NCBI GenBank assembly: GCA_963662335.2
Contig: CAXXVD010000002.1
Span: forward strand, 672,001 to 736,000
DNA: 64,000 nucleotides
Direction: 5' to 3'
From: Chloroflexota bacterium
GTDB lineage: Bacteria; Chloroflexota; UBA11872; VXOZ01
The position numbers and the translations under genes were made by a program. Shown in pieces: positions 54,018 through 63,578 of the stretch. Numbering within the stretch: position 1 is the stretch's first letter; every line of letters begins with the position of its first letter. Under the pieces are notes generated by a model. It searched no databases and had not been told where the DNA came from. It saw only the letters and a list, made by a program, of their open reading frames with translations.

Positions 54018-54376
54018 GCAGACAGGTCCCGGATGCGCGGCAGCCGCCAACGGAAACCGACGAGCCTCGCGCGGAAGAGGATTCCTTTGGTAGAGGTTCG
54101 ATCGAGGAAAGACTGGAAGCCGGCGAATTCCGGCGCTCGGAGAGACTGAGAGACGCGCTAAACGACGGCATCGTCTACGTCGCGCTCGTAGCGCCGTACT
54201 TCCTCGCAATAATCGGCGCAGTGCTCATGGTTGTGATGCTGTGGCATTACATTGGCCGTGAAGAATGGGCGTGGATGACGCCGCAGCAAGTTGACAAGGT
54301 GGAAGCGGTGTTCGGCGGCGGCATTCTGTCGGCGCTCTTCATCATGCTTAGAGACTATGTTGGTCGGAGAAAGTAG
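54014..54376 (+). CDS. Two-TM membrane protein, putative toxin partner of the Panacea antitoxin
   Basis: ATGA overlap with the antitoxin. Acidic N-terminus and two hydrophobic helices. Confidence 0.65.
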   Translation: MSRQVPDARQPPTETDEPRAEEDSFGRGSIEERLEAGEFRRSERLRDALNDGIVYVALVAPYFLAIIGAVLMVVMLWHYIGREEWAWMTPQQVDKVEAVFGGGILSALFIMLRDYVGRRK

Positions 54377-54542
54377 CCCGCGGGCGTTAACTACCATGGC
54401 CAGCGCTCTGGTTCTTGCTTGCTTCTGCTAGCGGCTGAATCCTCATATCGGTATTGTCTTTAGAAGCGTCCCATCGTTCGGGTGTTGCTTGCGTTCAATT
54501 GGCCCTTGATGTCTGAGGTGACAATCATATGTGAGGTACATC

Positions 54543-54767
54543 ATGGGTGAAGTGCCCACGTATAGAGAAATCCAGGAATGCGCTGCTCAAGAGCTTTGCA
54601 TTAAACTATCCTCTGTCAAGACATGCTGCATTGCGAAGGTAATGCGTGAGTTGGGTCTACCCATGCGAAGCGCTTGGAATTCTAGTCCAGACAGAGATGC
54701 TTTAAGGTGCCCACCCCGCTACATTGAGGCGATAAGGAGCTGCATCGTAGCTCGGCTCGGGTCGTGA
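54543..54767 (+). CDS. Small hypothetical protein (TY.EIQ...IA.V..ELGL...N...CP motif)
   Basis: 74-aa ORF resembling a small domain I recall at the C-terminus of some mobile-element RNA methyltransferases. Unverified. Confidence 0.55.
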   Translation: MGEVPTYREIQECAAQELCIKLSSVKTCCIAKVMRELGLPMRSAWNSSPDRDALRCPPRYIEAIRSCIVARLGS

Positions 54768-54976
54768 AGTCGACACATAGTAGTGTTTACGGTGTGCCTT
54801 CTTGGAGACATTCTTGGAACTCGAATGACTTACTGCTCAAACTCAAAGCAATAGATCGGGAATTCGAGTAGTAACTAACAGGTAATTGTTGTACTTTAAC
54901 TTGAAAAATGACACAAAATGTGGTATAAGGTGTGCAAGAGTATAAGTCGAGAGTAACAACTCCAAAGTGAGGCGAT

Positions 54977-56020
54977 TTGGTGGTACGAAACGTACAGTCC
55001 CTTCTTCGTCGACCAGTGACTGCCGCCATTCTTTCTGCCGATGCTGTCCATGGCGCGCTGGAGCGGCCTTTCCGCAAGCCGGCAATCGCTGAAGGCACTG
55101 GTACCGGTATCGTCAAAATCGAAGGTCTTACTCCTGCGGCTGAGGCGCCCGAGGTTCAGCAGTACATCCGCGCCGGTGCTTTGCAGTTCTGGGTAGCAGG
55201 CACGTTTGCGAACAATTGGCTTAGCAACCTTGATTTCAATTCGCTGCCGGCTAATCTGATCGACTATTACCAACGCGCAGGCACGCGCGGCGAGTATCGG
55301 GGCTTAGCAGGAGCGGAGGCGGTATGGGGGACGATTCCGCACTCTATACGCATGGCTGGGCCGGGAGCGCTGCAGGAATTTCGCAGCGGACGCGACTGGA
55401 GCCACATTGTGCCGCGGAGCCTGGGAGGGAGTGATAGCGCCAGCAACGGCATCTTCGAAGAGAGGAGTATCAACCAGGCCAGAGGCGCAGCGACGATGAC
55501 GAGCGAGGAGATTGGCCTGGCGCGGCAGGCGCTGCAAACTGAGGCAGTTCGCCATGCGGTAACGCAAACAGCTTCGGTCATGGTTTCTGCGGCCCTCGCT
55601 GCAGCCGTGGTAGAGGGCGTTTTCGCCCTAATGGAGGAAGGCTTACGCTTCTACGATGGAGAGATAAGCAGGGCCGAAATGCATTCGCGGGTGTGGAAGC
55701 GTTTAAGAAAGCGAGTTGCGCTCGCTGTTGTCATTTCGGGGCTTGTCGCAGGAATGGCAATTGTCTTTCCTTGGTTCACGCCGATATTAGGCGCTTTGGC
55801 GATACCAATGGCCGTAGCAAGCTTCGTTTTGTTGGGACATCGATTCTATAGCTTGAGCATGGAATGGAAGCAGAGAATGGGACTTGAGCCGGTTTTGACA
55901 GCTTGGCATCAAACCAAGGATATTCCTGATAGGGCATGGCAAGAGGCAAAGATTGTTTCGATCGAGACATGGCAAGGCGCAAATGGACTTTCAAAGCGGA
56001 CAGTGGAGTGGGTTGGATGA
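54977..56020 (+). CDS. Hypothetical protein with HNH-like motif and C-terminal TM helices
   Basis: DWSHIVPRSLGGSDSASNGIFEERSINQARG followed by a hydrophobic C-terminal half. Start uncertain. Confidence 0.6.
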   Translation: MVVRNVQSLLRRPVTAAILSADAVHGALERPFRKPAIAEGTGTGIVKIEGLTPAAEAPEVQQYIRAGALQFWVAGTFANNWLSNLDFNSLPANLIDYYQRAGTRGEYRGLAGAEAVWGTIPHSIRMAGPGALQEFRSGRDWSHIVPRSLGGSDSASNGIFEERSINQARGAATMTSEEIGLARQALQTEAVRHAVTQTASVMVSAALAAAVVEGVFALMEEGLRFYDGEISRAEMHSRVWKRLRKRVALAVVISGLVAGMAIVFPWFTPILGALAIPMAVASFVLLGHRFYSLSMEWKQRMGLEPVLTAWHQTKDIPDRAWQEAKIVSIETWQGANGLSKRTVEWVG

Positions 56021-56042
56021 GCCAGCGCGAAAGCGTACGCGA

Positions 56043-56639
56043 GTGACGATTCAGAACGGTCATCTGCCCGTGGTTGTTGGCATCACCGCCGCCAGCGGTG
56101 CGGCGTTGACCGAGCGCTGCGTGACGTGGCTGGCGGCGCACGGTGTGCCGCTCTACGTCACGTGCAGCAACAACGGCCGGCTGGTCTGGCGGCAGGAATT
56201 GGACGAGACGCTGGAAGACGCCGCCGCGCGCTGGCGGGAACAGGGCGACGTGACGCTGGTGGACGTGGGTGACGAGGCGGCCTTGATTGCCAGCGGCAGC
56301 CTGCTCACGGCCGGCATGATCATCGTGCCGTGCAGCACCGGCTCGGCGGCGGCCATTGCCAACGGCGTCTGCACGAACGTGCTGCACCGCGCGGCGGAAG
56401 TGACCCTCAAGGAGAAGCGCCCGCTGGTGCTGGTCCCGCGCGAATCGCCCCTCTCGGCCATCCACCTCGAATCCTGGCTCAAGCTCGCCCGGCTGGGCGT
56501 CGCCATCGTGCCGCCCATGCTCACCTTCTACAACCACCCCCAGAACATCCAGGACATGGTGGACTTCAGCGCTGGCCGGGCGCTGACGCTGCTGGGCTTT
56601 CCAGACGCCCTGCCGGAGCGCCTGCGCTACCGGCGGTAA
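56043..56639 (+). CDS. ubiX: Flavin prenyltransferase UbiX
   Basis: VVGITAASG, IASGS, IVPCS, RAAEVTLKEKRPLVLVPRESP and TFYNHP. Confidence 0.9.
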   Translation: MTIQNGHLPVVVGITAASGAALTERCVTWLAAHGVPLYVTCSNNGRLVWRQELDETLEDAAARWREQGDVTLVDVGDEAALIASGSLLTAGMIIVPCSTGSAAAIANGVCTNVLHRAAEVTLKEKRPLVLVPRESPLSAIHLESWLKLARLGVAIVPPMLTFYNHPQNIQDMVDFSAGRALTLLGFPDALPERLRYRR

Positions 56640-56797
56640 CACGTGTGGCGCAAGCCTTTGGGGCGAAAGATAGGCCGGGCGCGCGATTCTCCTCGCAGCC
56701 ATGCGACCTAATGCGGCCAACGACACATTTGTGCTTTCGTTCACAAGTGCGGTATCCTGCACGCATATCTACGCAGTCAAAAGGAGGATTGGGCAAC

Positions 56798-57796
56798 GTG
56801 GGTCTCACACGAAGAACACTACTGCGCGGCGCGGCGGCCGGCGCGCTGGCGCTCCCGATTCTGGCGGCCTGCGGCCAGGTTACGGTAACGACGGACGAGG
56901 CGGAAGCGCCGGCGGCCCCGGCTGAACCGGCAAAGATTCGCATCGGCGACCTGCCGCTCATCGACATGCTGCCGGTCTACGTGGCGGAACAGGAAGGCCT
57001 GTTCCCCGAAAACCTGGAAGTGGAACTGGTGCCGTTTTCCAGCGCCCTTGAGCGCGACACGGCCTATACCTCCAAGCAGGTTGACGGCGTGCTCAACGAC
57101 TTCGTCTCCGCCACCGCCCTGAACCGCGACCAGGACTTCACCCGCAACGTGCGCGTGATTCTGCGCTCCACGCCGCAACTCTCGCTGTTTGCGCTCCTGG
57201 CGAGCAAAGAATCCGACATCGAGAAGATCGAGGACGTCAAGGGCAAGCAGATCGCCATCTCGCCGAACACCATCATCGAGTACGTGCTGGACCGCATGCT
57301 CGGCACGGTGGGCATGGGGCATGACGACGTGGAGAAACTGGCCGTGCCCAGCATTCCGCTGCGCCTGGAGATGCTGAACCAGAGCAACGTGACCGCCGCC
57401 GTGCTGCCGGAGCCGCTGGTCAGCTTCAGCATGTTGCAGGGCGGCTCGCGCCTGATTCGGGATGACGCCGAGACGCAATTCGGCGCGTCGCTGCTCTCCT
57501 TCCGCAGCGACGTCATCGCCAACCACGAGGACGTCGTGCGCGGCTTCATGGACGGCTTCGAGGCCGGCGTCAACCGCATCAACGCCAACCCGGGCGCCTA
57601 CCAGGACCTGATGGAAGCGCGCGGCCGCATTCCGCCGCCGCTGTTTGGCACGTTTTCCGTGCCCACGTTCCCCGCCGCTGCGGTGGTGCCGCAGGCGGAA
57701 TTCGAGGCGGTGGGCGAGTGGGCGGTGGAGCGCGGCCTGCTGCAAGCGGCGATACCCTACGAAAACCTGGTGGATACGCGCTTCTTGCCGGGATAG
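56798..57796 (+). CDS. ABC substrate-binding lipoprotein, SsuA/NMT1-like (Tat)
   Basis: AAGGAGG RBS, TRRTLL, LAAC, PVYVAEQEGLF and VLPEPL. Confidence 0.8.
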   Translation: MGLTRRTLLRGAAAGALALPILAACGQVTVTTDEAEAPAAPAEPAKIRIGDLPLIDMLPVYVAEQEGLFPENLEVELVPFSSALERDTAYTSKQVDGVLNDFVSATALNRDQDFTRNVRVILRSTPQLSLFALLASKESDIEKIEDVKGKQIAISPNTIIEYVLDRMLGTVGMGHDDVEKLAVPSIPLRLEMLNQSNVTAAVLPEPLVSFSMLQGGSRLIRDDAETQFGASLLSFRSDVIANHEDVVRGFMDGFEAGVNRINANPGAYQDLMEARGRIPPPLFGTFSVPTFPAAAVVPQAEFEAVGEWAVERGLLQAAIPYENLVDTRFLPG

Positions 57797-57906
57797 CCGC
57801 CGCTGCCGGGACGCGCGGCAATGGATGCCTGCCTGTGGCGACGAGGCTAGCACTGAGCGCCAGTTGTGAGCATGGTTCGAGGCCGTTGTATGACCGGAGC
57901 GAGTGA

Positions 57907-58722
57907 ATGAGCGTGCAGCCCCAGGCCGCGCCACAGGCGAGAGTTGCCGAGACCGGGGCCGCTGCCGTCACGCCCCGCGCGGAACTGCGTGAAGTTACCT
58001 TCGCCTACCGCCCCGGCCAGCCCATCTTTGGCGGGTTTTCCTGGCAAATCGCGCCCGGCGAGGCCTGGGCCGTCATCGGCCCCTCCGGCTGCGGCAAGTC
58101 CACGCTGCTCTACCTGCTCACCGGCCTGCGCCAACCTGAGGGGGGCAGCGTGCGGGTGGACGGCAGCCAGGTGGGCGCGCCGCGCCCCAGCAGCGCGACG
58201 GGCTTGATCTTGCAAGACTACGGCCTGCTGCCGTGGGCGACGGTGTGGGACAACGTGCGGCTCGGCCTGCAATTGCGCGGCGCGCCGCGGGCGCGGCAGG
58301 AGGAACAAGTAACCTACTGGCTGGAGCGGCTCGACATCGCGGCGCTGCGCGACCATTATCCGGCGCAACTCTCCGGCGGCCAACGGCAGCGCGCGGCGAT
58401 CGCGCGCACGCTCGTCTTCCAGCCGAACCTGCTGCTGATGGACGAGCCGTTCAACTCGCTCGACGCCCTCACCCGCGAGCGCTTGCAGCACGTGGTGCTG
58501 GAGTTGATCGTGGAGCACGGCCTCACCACGGTGCTGGTGACCCACAGCATCGAGGAAGCGGTTTTCCTCGGCCAACGGGTGCTGGTGCTCACGCAACCGC
58601 CGGCCGCGAGCGCGCACGTCTTCGAAAACCGCCACGACGCCCCCCACGCCTACCGGGCGGAGCCGGCCTTTCTGACCCAGTGCACGGCGTTGCGGGGGCT
58701 GCTGGCCGGGTCTGGCGAATAG
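57907..58722 (+). CDS. ABC ATP-binding protein, SsuB/TauB-like
   Basis: GPSGCGKST, LSGGQRQR, LLMDEPF and VTHSIEEA. Confidence 0.9.
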   Translation: MSVQPQAAPQARVAETGAAAVTPRAELREVTFAYRPGQPIFGGFSWQIAPGEAWAVIGPSGCGKSTLLYLLTGLRQPEGGSVRVDGSQVGAPRPSSATGLILQDYGLLPWATVWDNVRLGLQLRGAPRARQEEQVTYWLERLDIAALRDHYPAQLSGGQRQRAAIARTLVFQPNLLLMDEPFNSLDALTRERLQHVVLELIVEHGLTTVLVTHSIEEAVFLGQRVLVLTQPPAASAHVFENRHDAPHAYRAEPAFLTQCTALRGLLAGSGE

Positions 58723-58744
58723 GAGTAGGCCGCGTCCGCACTAC

Positions 58745-59557
58745 ATGAGCACGATTCCGCACTACATCATGAGCAAGGATAACCCGCAGCTCAAACGGGC
58801 GCGGGCGCTGCTGCAATCGGCGCGGCGGCGGCGAGAGGAACGGGCGTTCGTCGTGGAAGGCGTGCGCCTGGTGGAGGAGGCCCTGGCCGCCGGGCGCGTG
58901 ACGACGCTCTACGCCTGTCCCGAGTTGCTGTCCGCCCACGCCCGCACGCGGGCCTTCCTGGACGGCGTGCCCGCTGCGGGCGGCTTCAACCTCATCCACG
59001 TTGCGCCGGACATCTTTGGCGGCTTGACGGATACCGCCGCGCCCCAGGGTGTGGCGGCGGTGTGCGCCATGCCGGAAGAAAGCGCGCTCGCGCCCACCGC
59101 TACCCTGGCGGTGCTGCTGGACGGCGTACAAGACCCGGGAAATGCGGGCATGATCGTGCGCGCCGCCGCGGCCGCCAACGCCGACGGCGTGCTCTTTGGC
59201 CCCGGCAGCGTCGACCCATACAATCCCAAGACGCTGCGCGGGGCCATGGGCGCGCACTTTCGCACCACGCTGCTCGATCTCCGCAACGAGGATGAGGCGC
59301 GCGCGGCCGCGGGCATGTTTCCGCAACGGGTCGCGGCGGCGGCGCGGGACGGCGCCCGCTACGATACGCTCGCTTGGACCGCGCCGACCCTGCTGATCGT
59401 CGGCGCGGAAGCCCACGGCCCCGGCGACCTCGGCAGCAGCCTGCAAACCGCTGCCGCGTCGATTCCGCTTGCCAGAGGAGTCGAGTCCCTCAACGTAGGC
59501 ATGGCCGCGGGCATCCTGCTCTTCGAGGCCGTCCGCCAGCGGCAGACCGCCACGTAG
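58745..59557 (+). CDS. TrmH/SpoU family RNA methyltransferase
   Basis: FVVEGVRL, VQDPGNAGMIVR, GAEAHG and VESLNV. Confidence 0.9.
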   Translation: MSTIPHYIMSKDNPQLKRARALLQSARRRREERAFVVEGVRLVEEALAAGRVTTLYACPELLSAHARTRAFLDGVPAAGGFNLIHVAPDIFGGLTDTAAPQGVAAVCAMPEESALAPTATLAVLLDGVQDPGNAGMIVRAAAAANADGVLFGPGSVDPYNPKTLRGAMGAHFRTTLLDLRNEDEARAAAGMFPQRVAAAARDGARYDTLAWTAPTLLIVGAEAHGPGDLGSSLQTAAASIPLARGVESLNVGMAAGILLFEAVRQRQTAT

Positions 59558-59593
59558 CCCAAAACGGCGCAATGCCGTCATTGCTCTGAAAGT

Positions 59594-60016
59594 AGCGAGA
59601 ACGAGCCGTTCGCCCTGAGCGTCGTCGAAGGGTGAACGGCGGATTGAGGGTGTAGCAACTCCGAACGCACATCTTTCCGTTCATACTTCGACAAGGGCTT
59701 CGCGCAGCCCTCAGCACGAACGGAAAGATGTGCGTTCGTTCTCATTCCCTCGTGTAGCCGGCGGGCGGCCATGGCGCTATTTTCAGAGTAGTGACGGTCG
59801 GGAGGACGATTGTGCCTGTCATTCCGAGCGCAGCGAGGAATCTAGAGTCGCTACGTCTATCTACCCGCCGGCCGCAGCCGCATAGATTCCTCACTCCGCT
59901 GCGCTTCGTGCGGAATGACAGTGGGTGGCGCTGCGCTTCGTGCGGAATGACGGTGGGCGGCGCTGCGGTTCGTGCGGAATGACGGTGGGTGTCGCTACGC
60001 TCCGTTCGGAATGACA
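59594..60016. repeat. Composite repeat region (ccgttcgccctgagc element; gtcattccgagcg hairpin with tandem half-copies)
   Basis: 59594-59738 matches 22625-22752. tgtcattccgagcgcagcgaggaatct...agattcctcactccgctgcgcttcgtgcggaatgac plus three further cggaatgac units. Confidence 0.8.
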
Positions 60017-60035
60017 TTTACGTGCCGGGCACTGG

Positions 60036-61037
60036 TCAAGCATCGATGTGGGCAGCGTGCGCATCATCAGGGGCGAAAGAGGCGAGCACCGCGTCCCAGG
60101 CCGTCTCCGATGCCAGCACGCCCAGCACGTACTCGTTCAGGCCCGTTTCCTGGGGAATCTCGTGCGTGGTCACGGCGTAGAGCACGTCGCCGTCGGAGAT
60201 GGTGTGCAGCGGCTCGATGGCGCGCGCCATGGACGTGTGGACGTGGCGGGCCAGTTGGCGCTGCGACCAGCCGCCGAGGCTCTGGTTCGTGACGACGACG
60301 GTGAGAGTCGTGTTGCCGTGCGGCGGCAGACCGGCGTCGGCCACCCGCGCCCGCTCGCCCGTGCGCGGATCGAGAGAGCCCCGCGCCACGCGCCCCTGGC
60401 GGTCGACGATTGCGCCTACCGCGTTCACTACCGTGAAGACGGCCACTTTCACGCCGTCCATTTCGCGGAACGCGCCGCCCTGCCCGGCAGACTCGCTCCG
60501 AAACGGCTGCTGCAGCCACTTGCCCACGGTCGCCGAGCGGCCGGCGCCGCGCGGACCGAGCGGAAAGACGCCCGGACGGGCCGCCCGCAACGCCGCGCGT
60601 CCCAGCGCCTTGTCCGGGTAGACGGCGTTGTCACGCGGGCCGAAATCGTAGATGATCGCGCCGGAGACCAGGGCGATGTTGCCCCAATGCGGCGAGTATT
60701 CTCGCTGGGCGAGCAATTCCGCCGCCACGCCCGCGGCCGCCTCCAGGCCGTAGAATGAGCCGCCGGCCAGGCAGACGGCGTCCAGGCGGCCCTCGCCGTT
60801 CTGCAGCGCCTCGGTGTAGAGCGTGGCGTGCGCGCCGCCGCGAATGTCCACGGCCCCGGTGGCCCCGTGAGCGAAACTGAACACCGTGCAGCCGGTAGGG
60901 CCTGCCGCGTACTCGGCAACGCCGATTTCCAGATGTGGAAAGTCGAACGTGAGCGCCGGGCCGCTGAATTCGGTCTGGGGCGTGAGCGCGAGCGTGTCGT
61001 TGGAGGGCGGCGGCTCACCCGTCTGCGAATCTGCCAT
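60036..61037 (-). CDS. Peptidase S58 / DmpA (P1 family)
   Basis: PTGCTVF, VDIRGG, LAGGSFYGL, VVNAVG, GNTTL autoprocessing site and HTISDGDVLY. Confidence 0.85.
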   Translation of the reverse strand: MADSQTGEPPPSNDTLALTPQTEFSGPALTFDFPHLEIGVAEYAAGPTGCTVFSFAHGATGAVDIRGGAHATLYTEALQNGEGRLDAVCLAGGSFYGLEAAAGVAAELLAQREYSPHWGNIALVSGAIIYDFGPRDNAVYPDKALGRAALRAARPGVFPLGPRGAGRSATVGKWLQQPFRSESAGQGGAFREMDGVKVAVFTVVNAVGAIVDRQGRVARGSLDPRTGERARVADAGLPPHGNTTLTVVVTNQSLGGWSQRQLARHVHTSMARAIEPLHTISDGDVLYAVTTHEIPQETGLNEYVLGVLASETAWDAVLASFAPDDAHAAHIDA

Positions 61038-61122
61038 CCGTTACTTTCCTTTTACGCCCACCCGCCGGATGCGGCGGCGCGCGTCTCGTTCTGCAATGCG
61101 CGTGGAGGGCGCGCGCAGGCGC

Positions 61123-62238
61123 TTATTCCGCCGCGAACCGATCCGGAGAATAGGGTTCAAGCGGCGCGAGGTCGCCGCTGCGGAGCGCAGCGCACATCAG
61201 GCGCGCGGTGGCCGGGGCCTGCAAGATGCCGTTGCGGTGGTGGCCGGCGGCGATCCACAGTCCCGGACGGCTGGCGACCGGTCCGAGCAGGGGCAATCCA
61301 TCGGGCGGCGCGGGCCGCAAGCCCGCGCTCAAGTGGCTGATTCGCGCGTCCTTCAGATCGGGCGCGATCCTGCGCAGGATCCTGTAGAGGGATGCCACGC
61401 CACTAGCGGTGTTCTCGCGCGCAAACCCGGCGACTTCCTCCGTGGCCCCCACGACGATGCGGCCGTCCTGTTTGGGCGCCAGGTAGCCGCCCGCGCCAAA
61501 GACGACCCGCCGCAGCGGACGGTCGTAGGTTTCCAGCACCATCACCTGGCCGCGGATTGGCCGCAGGGGCAGCGCAAGTCCCAGGTGGTCGCCGAGCAGG
61601 CGGCTCCACGCGCCGGCGGCAATGACGACCTGGTCCGCGCGCGCCGGGCCGGCGGGAGTCTGCACGCCGGTAACGCGGTCGCCGTCCGTGAGAAAGCCGT
61701 GGATCGGCGTGTATTCGTGCAGTTGCACGCCCTGGGCGACGGCCGCCAGCGCGAGGGCGTGCATGAGTTGCGGCGCGTACACGTGGGCGTCGTCCGGGAA
61801 GAGCAGTCCGCCGCGCGCTTTGGCCGAAAGCAGCGGCTCGATTTCGCGCGCGGCCGCGGCGTCGAGCCAGGCCACGCGCTGCCCCTGCACGGCAAGTTCC
61901 CGGGCCCGGTGTTCCAGGAAGAGCGCCTGCGTGTCGCCAAAGACGACGGTGAGCGCGCCGGACCGGGTGTACGTGGCGTCCAGGCCGGTGGCGGCTTCCA
62001 GTTCAGCCGCAAAGTCGGGATAGAGCCGGGCCGACTGCGCGCCCAGGCTGGCAGACCCGCCCCTGCTCGGCCCTTCCACGCCGGAACCGAGAATGCCGGC
62101 CGCGGCGATGCGCGCCTGGCCGCCCACGCGCTCTTGCTCGAACACGGCCACGCTCACGCCGGCCTTGGCCAGTTCGTAGGCCAACGCGCAGCCGATGATG
62201 CCGCCGCCGACAATGGCGACGTCAGTGGAATTGGACAT
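61123..62238 (-). CDS. thiO: Glycine oxidase
   Basis: IVGGGIIG, AAAGIL, PIRGQ, GLRP and GHHRNGIL. Thiamine operon context. Confidence 0.9.
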   Translation of the reverse strand: MSNSTDVAIVGGGIIGCALAYELAKAGVSVAVFEQERVGGQARIAAAGILGSGVEGPSRGGSASLGAQSARLYPDFAAELEAATGLDATYTRSGALTVVFGDTQALFLEHRARELAVQGQRVAWLDAAAAREIEPLLSAKARGGLLFPDDAHVYAPQLMHALALAAVAQGVQLHEYTPIHGFLTDGDRVTGVQTPAGPARADQVVIAAGAWSRLLGDHLGLALPLRPIRGQVMVLETYDRPLRRVVFGAGGYLAPKQDGRIVVGATEEVAGFARENTASGVASLYRILRRIAPDLKDARISHLSAGLRPAPPDGLPLLGPVASRPGLWIAAGHHRNGILQAPATARLMCAALRSGDLAPLEPYSPDRFAAE

Positions 62239-62286
62239 CGTATCCTTGCCCTCACCTCTACCGTAAGGATAGCACGACGGAATCCG

Positions 62287-62565
62287 TCATTGCTTTACAT
62301 GCGCGCAGGCCGCGCCGCCGCCGACCATGCGGACGATCTCCACCGCGTCGCCCGCGCGCAGGACCACGTCCGGGTGCGCGGCGCGGCGGATTACCTGGCG
62401 GTTCACGGCAACGGCCACGTACCGCGCCGGCACGTTATTCTCCGCCAGGAATACGGCCAGTGTCGTGCCGGCGGGCAGGCGGCGGGTCTCCCCGTTCACC
62501 GTCACGCGGACGTGGGCCGGCGCGGCGTCTTGGGCGACCTCAGCCGCCTCTTCTTTCGCGTTCAT
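62287..62565 (-). CDS. thiS: Sulfur carrier protein ThiS, C-terminally extended
   Basis: VTVNGE, VAVAVNRQVI and GDAVEIVRMVGGG followed by AACAHVKQ*. Confidence 0.85.
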   Translation of the reverse strand: MNAKEEAAEVAQDAAPAHVRVTVNGETRRLPAGTTLAVFLAENNVPARYVAVAVNRQVIRRAAHPDVVLRAGDAVEIVRMVGGGAACAHVKQ

Positions 62566-63278
62566 TGGGCTTGCGCCTGTGAGTGTGCGGCGAGCGCTTC
62601 CCTGAGCGCCCGCGCCGCGGCGGTCGTATCCGGGGCCGCGAGCAGGGCGCTGATTACCGCCACGCCGTGCGCGCCGGCCGCCATCACGTCCGCCGCGTTG
62701 CGCGCCGTGATGCCGCCGACGCCGATTACGGGAATTTCAATTTTCGCCCGCGCGCCGCGCACCAGCTGCGGGCCGGCCGGCGCGCGCCCCGGCTTGGAGT
62801 CCGTGGCGTAGAGCGTGCCGACGTGCACGTAGTCCGCGCCTTGCAGCGCAGCCAGCACGGCGCGCCTCACGCTGTGCACTGAACACCCCAGCAGCATGTC
62901 CTCCCCCACCAACTCACGGGCAGACTCTACCGGCAGGCCGTTGGCCGGCAGGTGCACGCCGTCCGCCCCCACGGCCAGGGCAACGTCCACGCGGTCGTTG
63001 ACGATGAAGAGCGCGCGGCCTTGAGTGACGCGCCGAAGATTTGAAGCCATATGCCAGAGTTCGCCCGCGGGCAATCCCTTTTCCCGCAATTGCACCACGT
63101 TCACGCCACCGTCGAGGCCCGCACGCACGCGCTCCAAGAGCAGCCGCACAGACTCCGGCTTCGCCAATTCGCGCCTGCTAAGACCCGTGACTGCCGGGAC
63201 TGCCGGCAGCGCGCTCTCGTCCGGCGGCTCCAGGCGCGTGATGAGCGTGAGGCAGGGATATGGCAGTTGGGGTTTCAT
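62562..63278 (-). CDS. thiE: Thiamine-phosphate synthase
   Basis: VQLREK, IVNDRVD, ADGVHL, GCSVHS, TDSKPG and GVGGI. Confidence 0.92.
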   Translation of the reverse strand: MKPQLPYPCLTLITRLEPPDESALPAVPAVTGLSRRELAKPESVRLLLERVRAGLDGGVNVVQLREKGLPAGELWHMASNLRRVTQGRALFIVNDRVDVALAVGADGVHLPANGLPVESARELVGEDMLLGCSVHSVRRAVLAALQGADYVHVGTLYATDSKPGRAPAGPQLVRGARAKIEIPVIGVGGITARNAADVMAAGAHGVAVISALLAAPDTTAAARALREALAAHSQAQAQ

Positions 63279-63341
63279 GCTGGGTGGAAGTGCGTGCGCT
63301 CGCGCCGTTTCGCCCTCACCCTAGCCCTCTCCCCCAGGATA

Positions 63342-63521
63342 GGCTAACAGGGTGTATGCAAATGTCATTCCGAGCGCAGCGTCGAACCCTGTTCGCGGAA
63401 TCTAAAGATGCTGATTTTGCGCCGCAGTGCGCTAGATTCCTCACTCCGCTGCGCTGCGTTCGGAATGACAGGTGAAGCCGATTACAAGTGAAGTCGATTA
63501 TAGAATACATACCTCTCAGCC
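63342..63521. mobile_element. Second copy of the MITE-like element (inverted)
   Basis: Ends GGCTAACAGGGTGTATG...ATACATACCTCTCAGCC. Flanks CAGGATA / CAGGAGA. Interior is homologous to 24584-24691. Confidence 0.6.
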
Positions 63522-63578
63522 CAGGAGAGGGAACACGAGATTGGGGCATGGCCGCGCGCCATGATGGGTCTCACGGGA

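Noticed and set aside
60886-62811. 641-aa plus-strand ORF (and similar long antisense ORFs at 6868, 38528, 50046)
   Set aside because: These are antisense shadows of well-supported genes in GC-rich DNA, with no recognisable motifs.
63280-63578. TPP riboswitch between thiG and thiE
   Set aside because: The region is explained by the nested palindrome/MITE, and no TPP aptamer core was recognisable.
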